Shown here: positions 1 to 7,953 of the stretch, in pieces
Position numbering within the stretch: position 1 is the first letter of the stretch
Layout: each line of letters opens with the position of its first letter
Translations under genes and position numbers: made by a program
IMG/VR virus record: IMGVR_UViG_3300042540_000801
Coordinates: 1 to 50,441 of that record
Origin: a virus
Lineage: Duplodnaviria; Caudoviricetes
Length of the DNA: 50,441 nt
Strand: one strand, 5' to 3'
Notes under the pieces: model-generated
Told to the model about the DNA's origin: nothing
Databases searched by the model: none
Seen by the model: the letters and a program-made list of their open reading frames with translations, nothing else

Positions 1-100
1 GCAGGGCGGCGTCGGTGATGGTCTCGGGGAGGTTGTGGATGGTCGCGATCATCGTCGGGGTCTCCTTGGAGGTGGTGGTGGTTGGGAATCCGAACAATCA
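1..100. repeat. Terminal direct repeat A, identical to 50000..50099
   Basis: 100 nt exact match by direct comparison; the copies diverge right after ...ccgaacaatca. Confidence 0.95.
82..100 (-). promoter_or_regulatory. Conserved intergenic motif TGATTGTTCGGATTCCCAA
   Basis: Same motif at 1029..1047, 49164..49182, 50081..50099; variants at ~45329..45346 and 40164..40180; function unknown. Confidence 0.7.
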
Positions 101-352
101 GCGGGAAGTCTTGACGGTGGTCTTCTTGAGCAGGGGGAGCTCGATGGCGAACTCGTCTTCCGTCCAGGCCATGCCGAAGATGGGGTCGACTTCGCGGTAG
201 CACTTACGGCAGACCACGCAGCCGTCGGAGCCTTTAGCGGTGGCTTGGCAGCACTTGGTGAGGGGGTAGATGGTGTTGAAGCTCTTGACGAACTGCACGC
301 CGGGGATGCCGTTGAGCGTGTAGATGCCGATGGGGGTGACGGTGATGGGCAT
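98..352 (-). CDS. Small Cys-rich hypothetical protein (allele 1 of variable slot)
   Basis: 84 aa ORF directly behind promoter P1; CC...CxxCxxC; its stop TGA is the start of the conserved motif. Confidence 0.75.
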   Translation of the reverse strand: MPITVTPIGIYTLNGIPGVQFVKSFNTIYPLTKCCQATAKGSDGCVVCRKCYREVDPIFGMAWTEDEFAIELPLLKKTTVKTSR

Positions 353-368
353 GGGGGTCTTCTCGCTG

Positions 369-467
369 TTGGTGTTTCCGGCCTCGTTGGCCGTGCAGGG
401 GCATTATACGCTATTGGTACGGCGTGCGAATAGGGGGGCTTTTGTGGGCCTTTTTGGGGTTTTTGGG
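369..467. repeat. Terminal direct repeat B, identical to 50343..50441
   Basis: 99 nt exact match running to the last base of the window. Confidence 0.95.
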
Positions 468-472
468 ATTTC
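399..472 (-). promoter_or_regulatory. Early promoter P1 with upstream A-tracts
   Basis: Perfect TATAAT at 403..408 (minus), CTATTCGCAC upstream, A-tracts about every 10 nt; 30/36 identical to P2. Confidence 0.75.
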
Positions 473-486
473 TCCACGGGGGGCGG

Positions 487-630
487 CTAGCGGGTGAGGG
501 CGTTCAAGAGGTCTATCGTGGTGGCAATGAGGCCGTGAATGGCTGCCGCCGTAGGGCTGGCGGTTCCGAGCTCTTGTCCGATGCGGATGAGGACGAGCGC
601 CACGAGCGCGCGGTCGATGGCCTGCTTCAT
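487..630 (-). CDS. Hypothetical protein (47 aa)
   Basis: ATGA overlap with upstream gene; MKQAIDRALV... Confidence 0.55.
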   Translation of the reverse strand: MKQAIDRALVALVLIRIGQELGTASPTAAAIHGLIATTIDLLNALTR

Positions 631-968
631 CGCTTGGCTCGCTTTCGCTTGGTGGCTGGAGTTCCGGGAGCCGGTCGCCGGGTCTTGCCACGCACCTTGT
701 AGGGACGGCAGACGAGCGCGCGGTCGATCCGCTTGCGGCTCCCGGCAACGTGGAGGACGGTGTAGCCCTCGGTGGTGAACGCTTCGAGGAGGACGAGCCT
801 GCCGCGGTGCACGGCGCGGACGAATCGGCAGACGCCGCGCACCGCCATCGGGATCTTGGTGCCGTCTCCTAGCCGCCAATAGGGCCCGCCGCTGATGCGG
901 AAGGTGTCGCCGGGCGTGAGGACGATCCGCTCGGATACGCGGTAGGTGTCGCTGTAGGTGGTTTGCAT
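627..968 (-). CDS. Hypothetical protein
   Basis: MQTTYSDTY... 113 aa, operon position. Confidence 0.7.
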   Translation of the reverse strand: MQTTYSDTYRVSERIVLTPGDTFRISGGPYWRLGDGTKIPMAVRGVCRFVRAVHRGRLVLLEAFTTEGYTVLHVAGSRKRIDRALVCRPYKVRGKTRRPAPGTPATKRKRAKR

Positions 969-1047
969 GGTGCTGGCCTTGGGTGGTGCTTGGTCATGAC
1001 CCGCCGGCCTGATTGCCGGCGGGGAGTTTGGGAATCCGAACAATCAG

Positions 1048-1380
1048 TCACTCGGCGGTGAGCGTCTGCCAGACGGCATCGACCTGCGCCTTGTCGAACT
1101 CGATGGCCGCTTCAACGCCGGCGGTCACGAACGGGACGAAGAAGATCGCCTCGCAGGCTTCTTCGTACTCGCCGGCCTTCTTGGCGGCGAGGAAAGCCGC
1201 CGTTGCGTGCTTGACGTGCTTGACGCAGGCGTCTCGCAGCCGGGTGGCCAGGTTGTCGCGGTGCTTCTTCATGTCGGCCTCGGTCCAGTGGAGCTTCTTG
1301 AGCCGCTTCACGCAGGCGGATTCAGCCCGCATTGCGGCCCGGGCGGTCATGGCGTCGAAGTGCTTCTCGTCCATCGTCAT
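1048..1380 (-). CDS. Hypothetical helical protein
   Basis: GAAGGAG upstream of MTMDEKHF; first gene behind P2. Confidence 0.7.
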   Translation of the reverse strand: MTMDEKHFDAMTARAAMRAESACVKRLKKLHWTEADMKKHRDNLATRLRDACVKHVKHATAAFLAAKKAGEYEEACEAIFFVPFVTAGVEAAIEFDKAQVDAVWQTLTAE

Positions 1381-1426
1381 CTCCTTCTCGCTGGGGTTGA
1401 TCGCGGTGGCCGGTGCCACCGTGCCC

Positions 1427-1462
1427 GGGCATTGTACCTTATCGGTACGCCGTGCGGATAGG
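1427..1462 (-). promoter_or_regulatory. Early promoter P2
   Basis: CCTATCCGCAC...TACAAT, same spacing as P1. Confidence 0.7.
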
Positions 1463-1524
1463 ACGACGTTTTCCCGGGGACGGGAGGATGGGCAGAGCAG
1501 GCGGCGAAGAGGGCCGCCGCTGGG

Positions 1525-1755
1525 CTATTTGGAGGCTTTGCGCCTGACCCGCTTGCCGCGTGAGGCGATCCAGTTGGGATTGCCGGGGGTGGCGTGGAGG
1601 GCCGGACGGAGTTTGTCGAGGTCTGTCGGGGCCAGGGCGACGAGCCGCCCGCCGGCGAAGATCCCGATCTGCTTCTCGCGGGCCGCGCGGCCGATGGAGT
1701 TGACCGAGACATGCAGCCGCCGGGCGGCCTCTGAGGCGGTGAGGTACTCGATCAT
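1525..1755 (-). CDS. Excisionase-like HTH protein
   Basis: YLTASEAARRLHVSVNSIGRAA HTH_17-type pattern. Confidence 0.7.
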   Translation of the reverse strand: MIEYLTASEAARRLHVSVNSIGRAAREKQIGIFAGGRLVALAPTDLDKLRPALHATPGNPNWIASRGKRVRRKASK

Positions 1756-1976
1756 GCTTGGGCTTCCTCGCGGTGGCGTTTGGTGTCGATGGCTCGAGGC
1801 CGGCCCGCGCGGAGCCTGCCCTTGAGCATGTAGGCGTCGAGGCTCTTCCGGGTGATGAGCCAGTAGTAGGCCGATGGATGATGCCTCGCCTTCAGCCTGC
1901 CGGCCACGATGAGCTCGCGGACGCGGTAGGGAGTGACCTTGAGGATCTTCGCGGCTTGTCCGACAGTGAGTTCCAT
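1752..1976 (-). CDS. Excisionase-like HTH_17 protein
   Basis: LTVGQAAKILKVTPYRVRELIVAGRLKA...WLITRKSLDAY. Confidence 0.8.
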   Translation of the reverse strand: MELTVGQAAKILKVTPYRVRELIVAGRLKARHHPSAYYWLITRKSLDAYMLKGRLRAGRPRAIDTKRHREEAQA

Positions 1977-2035
1977 ATTGGTGCGGCCTTTCAATAGATG
2001 CTAGCCGTGGCACCGGTCAATGGATAGGGCCTCTG

Positions 2036-2278
2036 TCAGCCGAGTTTGGCCCGGGGCCGGCCGGCCTGGCTCGGGTCGCGTTTGAGGTACTTGGCCAGGT
2101 TTTCTTCAACGGCGATTCGGCTGACCGCCCAGGCCCGGCCGGATAGACGGAACCCCTTGAGGCTCCCCGACTTGATGAGCTTCAGCACCCAGACGTCCGT
2201 GCAGCCGAGCATCTCGGCGGCCTCGGGAACGGAGATCCATTCTGGGCGGGGTGCTTGTGGGATTGTTTGCTTGCCCAT
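2036..2278 (-). CDS. Excisionase-like HTH_17 protein, divergent from integrase
   Basis: WISVPEAAEMLGCTDVWVLKLIKSGSLKG...WAVSR; GGAGG SD. Confidence 0.8.
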   Translation of the reverse strand: MGKQTIPQAPRPEWISVPEAAEMLGCTDVWVLKLIKSGSLKGFRLSGRAWAVSRIAVEENLAKYLKRDPSQAGRPRAKLG

Positions 2279-2298
2279 AGTATCGCCTCCAACAGATG

Positions 2299-2339
2299 AC
2301 CGCTCAGCGAGCGGGGAACTTCCCCCGCTGCTGAGCGGT
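2299..2339 (-). terminator. Long hairpin following the attP core
   Basis: ACCGCTCAGC/GCTGAGCGGT outer stem plus AGCGGGG/CCCCGCT inner stem; weak U-tract. Confidence 0.5.
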
Positions 2340-2348
2340 GTTCTTCGA

Positions 2349-2365
2349 GTGGCGGGGGTGGGATT
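2349..2365 (-). other. Candidate attP core (tRNA 3'-end fragment)
   Basis: AAT-CCCAC-CCCCGCC-A-C fits T-loop end, T-stem, acceptor strand and discriminator; lies between xis-like genes and int. Confidence 0.65.
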
Positions 2366-2480
2366 GGGCGCAAATGACCAACGGTGCGGCGGCCAATCGG
2401 CACAACCGGCACAAACGGAACGCAGGAGGCATTTCATCGGCACGGAGGCGTGACCTATGTAGTTCGAGGAGGTTCACGCC

Positions 2481-3371
2481 ATGAGATTGCAGCAGCTTTT
2501 TGATGACTTCTACCGGCCGCTTCGCCTGCGAGGGCGATCGGTCAATACCACGCGGTTGTATGGATGCACGATCCGGTCTTTCGCGAAGTGGCTCAAATAC
2601 GAGCCGACCATCGACGACCTGACTGATCTCGTGCTGTCGAGGTACTTGGAGCACCGGGCATCGGTCCGCAGCCCGTTCACCGCCGAGAAAGAGCGGTCGC
2701 AGTTGGTCGCGCTGTGGCGGTTTGCCTGCGACCGCGGGATCTTGAAGCAGCGGCCAGAGGTTCCGCCGTCACCGCTGCCCGAGCGGGCGCCGGTGGCGTG
2801 GTCGGTTGATGAGCTTCAGTCGCTCCTCAAGGCGGCGAGGGCGAGCCGTGGCTTTGTCGGTCCGGTGCCGATGGGCGTGTTCTTCCCGGCGTTGATTGCA
2901 GTCCTCTGGGAAACGGCGGAGCGGATCGGGGCTGTCATGCAGGCCCGATACACGGACTTCGACGGCGCGACGCTGCTTGTGCGGGCCGAGGCGAGGAAGG
3001 GCGGTAAGAGGGACCGCTTCTATCACTTGAGTCCCGAGACGTGTACGATGCTGGCTGAGGCTCACGCCCCGGGCAGGCCCGAGCTGCTGTACTGGCCGCG
3101 GTGCCAGACGAGCCTCTGGTCGAAGTTTGGCGACGTTGTGGCCCGTGCTGGCCTCGGCCACGGGAGGCGGCTGCGGTTCCATCAGCTACGGAGGACGGCG
3201 GCGAGTCATTTTGCTGCTGCTGGCGGTGATGCGGTGAAGCTGCTCGATCATTCGAGCCCGCGAATCACGCACCGCTGGTATCTGGATCGCCGTCTGACGG
3301 ACAACGGTCCTCGGCCGTGCGACCTTCTCCCGCGGATCGGACTATTGCCAGGAGGATCGCCCGCTCCCTGA
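2481..3371 (+). CDS. int: Tyrosine recombinase / phage integrase
   Basis: Catalytic R (ERIG), K (RKGGK), HQLRR, DH and terminal WY; GAGGAGG SD; only plus-strand gene. Confidence 0.9.
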   Translation: MRLQQLFDDFYRPLRLRGRSVNTTRLYGCTIRSFAKWLKYEPTIDDLTDLVLSRYLEHRASVRSPFTAEKERSQLVALWRFACDRGILKQRPEVPPSPLPERAPVAWSVDELQSLLKAARASRGFVGPVPMGVFFPALIAVLWETAERIGAVMQARYTDFDGATLLVRAEARKGGKRDRFYHLSPETCTMLAEAHAPGRPELLYWPRCQTSLWSKFGDVVARAGLGHGRRLRFHQLRRTAASHFAAAGGDAVKLLDHSSPRITHRWYLDRRLTDNGPRPCDLLPRIGLLPGGSPAP

Positions 3372-3483
3372 GGAGCCGAATGACGTCGGCCGCGAGCGTG
3401 CCAGCGGTTCCCGTGTACGCCCCGGAGAACCGTCTGGCTCGCATCTCGGCTTCCGAGAGGTAGGAGTCAGGGAGTAGGGCCAT
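3265..3483 (-). CDS. Hypothetical protein overlapping the int 3' end
   Basis: Last ORF of the minus-strand operon; overlaps upstream gene end. Confidence 0.5.
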   Translation of the reverse strand: MALLPDSYLSEAEMRARRFSGAYTGTAGTLAADVIRLLRERAILLAIVRSAGEGRTAEDRCPSDGDPDTSGA

Positions 3484-3697
3484 CGTCTGGTGCCGTGTAT
3501 TTTATTGACCACTCGCCGCACCAGCCCTCGAGCCGTGTCTGGGGGCTGGCGCCCGAGAGGTCGGCCGTCTTGTAGTCGGCTGGGTGGAACGCAGGCGGGT
3601 AGCGCCTGCAGTTTCCGACGCCAGGGCCTTCGAGGTGGCCGCCGATCTCCTGCCAGAAGATGCAGTTGCCGCATTTCTGGTACTCGTCACCCGCCAT
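3467..3697 (-). CDS. Small Cys-rich protein
   Basis: CxxC...CRRYPP...WCGEW pattern. Confidence 0.7.
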   Translation of the reverse strand: MAGDEYQKCGNCIFWQEIGGHLEGPGVGNCRRYPPAFHPADYKTADLSGASPQTRLEGWCGEWSIKYTAPDDGPTP

Positions 3698-4061
3698 TCT
3701 TGGACTCCCTGAAGAGGACCAGGGCGATGATTGCGTAGCAGGCCAGGTCCATGAAGGCGTCTTCCACGGACTCGTTGGCGAGCGAGCCGGTGTGGCAGTA
3801 GGTGCGGAGCCGCTGCACCTTGTCGGCCACGCGGACAAGGCACGACCGCCACGGTTCGATGCCGACGAGCTCGGCGCCGCCGCGGATGTTGGCGAGCGGG
3901 TCGGCCGGTGAGCCGTAGTCCTGCGATTTCTTGATGTGGATGGCCCGGATCTCTTCGACGGCCTCGAGGAACGGGAGCGAGCCGGGGTATTCGCGGCGCG
4001 GGGCGTCCGGCCGGATGTACGGATTGCTGGAGAGCGTCGTGGGGTCAGTTGGCTGCGGCAT
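3687..4061 (-). CDS. DUF1599 / nucleotide-modification-associated domain 1 protein
   Basis: KKSQDYG...RVADKVQRL...ESVEDAFMDLACYAII. Confidence 0.8.
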   Translation of the reverse strand: MPQPTDPTTLSSNPYIRPDAPRREYPGSLPFLEAVEEIRAIHIKKSQDYGSPADPLANIRGGAELVGIEPWRSCLVRVADKVQRLRTYCHTGSLANESVEDAFMDLACYAIIALVLFRESKNGG

Positions 4062-4950
4062 GGTGGTCCTCGGTTGGCGTGTTGTGATAGGAGGCGATGA
4101 GTGCCGTCTTTTCACTGTTTAGCCGAAGACGCAACCACCAGCCGCCGAGCGGGCGCGAACTCATGCCTTTTTCGACGGCCCACCCGTCGGTCAGGCTCTC
4201 TTGCTTGTAGGACGCCGAGCGGACGAGATGGATGGGGCTGATGCTGGGGATGCCGTGCGAGGTGATCCGCTGCCGGGATGCCTCGATGAGCGTCCGCTGG
4301 TGAACGTGGCCGGCGACGATGGTGTCTGCGTCGACGTCGGAGAGGTAGCGGCTGAAGTCGATGACGCCACGCGTGACCGGGCCGCCGCCGCCGTATCCGT
4401 GGTGGTACCAGATGCGGTGCACGGAGGCCGCTCGCCCGCTGGTGGCGTAACCTCGAGCAAGCACCCAGCCAGCGTAGCCGCCGCACTGGATGGGCGAGCC
4501 GGCCATCCGCAGCCGCTCGGCCAGCCGCGTGGTCAGGCATGTCTCTTGCCGCTTGCGGATGGCCGTCTCGTGGTTGCCGGGGGAGATGAACGCCAGTTGA
4601 TGACGGTATGGCATGAGCCACTCGGCGGCCTGGCTGACGAGCTCGTCGAAGTAGTTGCCTGTCTGCAGTTCTGGGCGGATGTCGTTCTTGCCGTTGCTGC
4701 GCGGATCGTACTTGCCCCCCATGCAATCGAAGATGTCGCCGAGGCAGAGGACGGCGGCGTTGATCCGCTTGGCCGTGGCGAGGTCGGCGGCGAGCCGGTC
4801 GCGGTCACAGTGCAACGAATCCCAATGCCAGTCGCTCGAGAGGAACACCCACGCTTGGTTCTCGAAGGTGATCCGGCAATGCCCCCCAGGGAGCGGCTCT
4901 GAGGTCCATGTGTTGGTTGTCTGTCTTTTTGCCCGCACTGCCGCCTCCAT
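4045..4950 (-). CDS. Calcineurin-like metallophosphoesterase
   Basis: DWH, GD, GNHE, HHG, GHVH motifs in order. Confidence 0.88.
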   Translation of the reverse strand: MEAAVRAKRQTTNTWTSEPLPGGHCRITFENQAWVFLSSDWHWDSLHCDRDRLAADLATAKRINAAVLCLGDIFDCMGGKYDPRSNGKNDIRPELQTGNYFDELVSQAAEWLMPYRHQLAFISPGNHETAIRKRQETCLTTRLAERLRMAGSPIQCGGYAGWVLARGYATSGRAASVHRIWYHHGYGGGGPVTRGVIDFSRYLSDVDADTIVAGHVHQRTLIEASRQRITSHGIPSISPIHLVRSASYKQESLTDGWAVEKGMSSRPLGGWWLRLRLNSEKTALIASYHNTPTEDHHAAAN

Positions 4951-5083
4951 GCGTGATGCGAGATACCAGGACTCGAATGATGTAGCCGTCTTCGTCGGGG
5001 ATCCACGACTCAGCGATGTCGGAGTCGTCCTCGTCGTCGTCTGCCCACCAGCAGGTGATGGAGGTGGTGGCCGATGAAGCCAT
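4805..5083 (-). CDS. Possible small acidic protein
   Basis: Fills the gap but overlaps the next gene by ~146 nt. Confidence 0.3.
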   Translation of the reverse strand: MASSATTSITCWWADDDEDDSDIAESWIPDEDGYIIRVLVSRITHGGGSAGKKTDNQHMDLRAAPWGALPDHLREPSVGVPLERLALGFVAL

Positions 5084-5187
5084 GGGACGACTCGGAGCGT
5101 GATGATGAGCGGGGCGGAGTGTTCATTTTCGTTGGTTTGTGGTGGTGCTTTGAGCGGATTGTTTTCGTGGCTTGTTTGCGGCCGGGA

Positions 5188-5556
5188 TCAGACCGCGAAA
5201 TAGAACCGCTGCACCGCGAGGTACCAGCCGCGGATGACTCGCTGGACGCGGAAGCCGTGCTCGTTCAACCAACGCTTCCGGGATTCGCATCCGCAGCCTT
5301 CCGGTTTGCCGGCCGTCCGCGTCAGCCGCTCGGCGCGCTCCTTCGTGATGCCAACAGAGGTGAGCGCCTTCTCGACAAGGTCGCCAACCATGATTGGCTT
5401 CCAATCGTCAGTTTTCGGCCGCGGGTAGGCAGGGTGGTCAACGTCAACGAGCCATCGGTCGCCGTCTTGCTCGACCACGCACGGCATCACCTCCGCGAGC
5501 GTATAGCCACGCTGCCGGCACCGCGCTTCAAGGTGCTTTCGGTGACAGCGAATCAT
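5188..5556 (-). CDS. Hypothetical protein downstream of the fibre gene
   Basis: ATGA overlap; GDLVEKAL..VGITKE...CGC..RK.WLN. Confidence 0.7.
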   Translation of the reverse strand: MIRCHRKHLEARCRQRGYTLAEVMPCVVEQDGDRWLVDVDHPAYPRPKTDDWKPIMVGDLVEKALTSVGITKERAERLTRTAGKPEGCGCESRKRWLNEHGFRVQRVIRGWYLAVQRFYFAV

Positions 5557-7952
5557 GGCAGCACCGAGAAGGTGAAGGTCGGTTTGCCAGGGTGTTTGCA
5601 GACAGCATCCTCGGTCATGTATTTCCCTTCTGGGTCGTAGTTTTCTGACCACCACGCACCCGGCCCCCATGTGCTAAATACGGGATCGCCTAGTTCAAGG
5701 CTGGTTGGAAGAAGGGTCTCTTCGTCATGCACGACACGGAGTATCGGATAGCACCATGTGCATAGGCGGTGTGTGTTGTTCCAGTTGGCGCCGAATCCAA
5801 CCATCCGTTCAATCGTGCCACACACATGAGAACCGTCTTGAAACCAGCCCGGCTGATTGTTCCATTCCCATCCGCATGTATCAGTGCGCCCAATGCGAAG
5901 GATGACGCCAGGCAAGGCGTGGTATTCGAAGCATCGTCCACCTACCGACGCAAATATATCCTTCCAGTCCTCGCACCATTGCCCGGTGGTATCTACTTGT
6001 CCACCAATGAAAACGGACGAACTCCATCCACACCCACTACCGGAGTCTGCGCTGCTTGAAGAAAAGGCTCCCCAGGTGACTTCGGCGTAAAGGGCATTCA
6101 TGTCTTCGGCGGAAATCCGTCTGCATGCGTCCGCTTCCTCGTATTCGCCGCCGACTTGAACGTGCGCCGTCGCGCCGTCTGTTGCGCTAGATGGCAAGCC
6201 GTTTGCCGTGATGTCAATGTCGGAGCAATCCTGCACGTTCTCCGATGCTACGAAGTAGCCATAGGCCGCAGGATACAAATAACCGCCACCCAGCGGGCCG
6301 GCCTGTCCGCGTTGATGCAAATACAGATTGACGAGCATTGGCTCATCCGGCCCGCGATACTGCACCAGCACGGCCTCGGCTTCTAGTGAGCAACTGTCGA
6401 TGTTGGCGCATGTGTATCCGTAGGTGCATGCGTCAGGCGAGCCTGCCATCGGGAAGAATGGGTAGATCGAACCCGACCAGTATGCGTATTTCCGCTTCAC
6501 GACGATGGATCGGCCGTTGAACCTGTTGAGGCAACTCTCAAACACTTCGTGCGCCAGATAACCGTCGCCGCCGTCATCTACGTTGACCCCCGTGATCTGC
6601 CCAAACGTCTCGCTCTCTGGATCGTCATCGACCACACCAGACAGAACTGCCCCACTCCCGTTGCTGGGGGCAATGTTGGATGCGCTTGCGGTGACCTCCG
6701 CAACATACGGAGGAAGCGACGCATCCTCGCGGTAGTATTTGCCGCCGTCATCGACCAAGACGATCTCGACGGTGCCTGAATCTCGGAAGTATTGCCCTCC
6801 GCTATCGACCTCGACTTCCGAGATTGGTCCGCCCTTGTAGTATTCGCCTCCAGCCCACACGGTTACAGACAGGATGCCTCCGTTTTCGTCAACAGACCCG
6901 ACCCATGCCATGCTGCTCGAACTGTCTTGCGACCCGTCCACGACAGCGACCTCGACATAGTCGTAAGGCTGGTAGCCAGCGCCGGGGGAAGAGACAGCAA
7001 TTGATGCAACCCGCCACACCGGCGACCCGTCATATCCCGTTGTCGGGGAGAGCGTGGCGGCGAGAACTGCACCAGAGCCGTTTGCGTCCGAGACAGACGT
7101 TGAAACAGTTGGCTCCGCGTGTGCTGGCTTGAGCAGCAGCGTGGCCGACAGCAACTCCAGTGTCCCGGCACCACGCTCGATGCTCACGGTGTCTCCGCGA
7201 ACGTACAGGTCGCCGCCGTCGTCCACCGTGACTGACTCAACTCTCCACTTTTTCGGCGTGCCAGGAATCTCCTCAAATACAACTGTCAACTGCGCGCCGG
7301 TGCCGGCATTTGAAGCGACGGTCAGCACTAATTCCGGCTCCTCCCGAATCGTTTTCACGCGAGCCACGGCGTCCCGCCCGGCCGTGTCGCCTTCAGCCAC
7401 AGAGAAATGCAACGGATCGTCATCGTGGTATCCCGCCCCACCAGTTCCTGACACGCTCGCCACTCGCCAGAAGTCTAGCCCGCATTCGTCGGCAGCAGGA
7501 GCGAGCGTTGCCGTGAACGTCGCACCAGAGCCGTCTCCCGTGTAGCCCGCCGTCACGGTCGGCTCAACGCGGCCAAGCATCGCGTATCCGCTGCCGCCGT
7601 GTGTGACTGTCGCTGCCGCAATGGGGCCGCGGTCATCTTCTGGGTCGCTGGTCGGCGATGACTGCACCGGCGCTGTGGCGTGCCCGGCTGCACCGCTGCC
7701 GTAGCACGACGAGAAAGACAGCGCAACAAGCGGCGGGCCGAGCGTCGTTGCCGGGATCCCTGAAATGGCAACGGTCAGCGTTTCCGGCAGAGTTCCCTCT
7801 TCGCAGGCGCTGCATGGCGCTGCCGCGCAGCACGACGAGCACTGCGCGCCGAGCATGAAGCCGACTGGGTACATGCCGGCCGCGAACAGGAAGACGCCGG
7901 CCATGACCAGGCCGAGCGGTTCCGATGCGACGGCGAATAGGAGATCGAGCAT
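5553..7952 (-). CDS. Putative tail fibre / receptor-binding protein with internal repeats
   Basis: 799 aa at end of tail module; repeated GSGA...WRV.SV.V..GG.GY units; visibly lower GC. Confidence 0.7.
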   Translation of the reverse strand: MLDLLFAVASEPLGLVMAGVFLFAAGMYPVGFMLGAQCSSCCAAAPCSACEEGTLPETLTVAISGIPATTLGPPLVALSFSSCYGSGAAGHATAPVQSSPTSDPEDDRGPIAAATVTHGGSGYAMLGRVEPTVTAGYTGDGSGATFTATLAPAADECGLDFWRVASVSGTGGAGYHDDDPLHFSVAEGDTAGRDAVARVKTIREEPELVLTVASNAGTGAQLTVVFEEIPGTPKKWRVESVTVDDGGDLYVRGDTVSIERGAGTLELLSATLLLKPAHAEPTVSTSVSDANGSGAVLAATLSPTTGYDGSPVWRVASIAVSSPGAGYQPYDYVEVAVVDGSQDSSSSMAWVGSVDENGGILSVTVWAGGEYYKGGPISEVEVDSGGQYFRDSGTVEIVLVDDGGKYYREDASLPPYVAEVTASASNIAPSNGSGAVLSGVVDDDPESETFGQITGVNVDDGGDGYLAHEVFESCLNRFNGRSIVVKRKYAYWSGSIYPFFPMAGSPDACTYGYTCANIDSCSLEAEAVLVQYRGPDEPMLVNLYLHQRGQAGPLGGGYLYPAAYGYFVASENVQDCSDIDITANGLPSSATDGATAHVQVGGEYEEADACRRISAEDMNALYAEVTWGAFSSSSADSGSGCGWSSSVFIGGQVDTTGQWCEDWKDIFASVGGRCFEYHALPGVILRIGRTDTCGWEWNNQPGWFQDGSHVCGTIERMVGFGANWNNTHRLCTWCYPILRVVHDEETLLPTSLELGDPVFSTWGPGAWWSENYDPEGKYMTEDAVCKHPGKPTFTFSVLP

Positions 7953-7953
7953 G

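Noticed and set aside
82-100. Conserved 19-mer as CRISPR repeat or attC
   Set aside because: Dispersed, not regularly spaced, and not palindromic.
2299-2339. Bulged hairpin near int as an attC site
   Set aside because: No AAC/GTT R boxes with correct spacing; position after the tRNA fragment fits a terminator.
2349-2365. tRNA gene
   Set aside because: Only the 3' 17 nt are present; no D or anticodon arm.
2481-3371. Integrase as the IntI serving the attC array
   Set aside because: Region between catalytic K and HxxR is short and lacks the IntI-specific insertion; it sits beside a tRNA-type attP 33 kb from the array.
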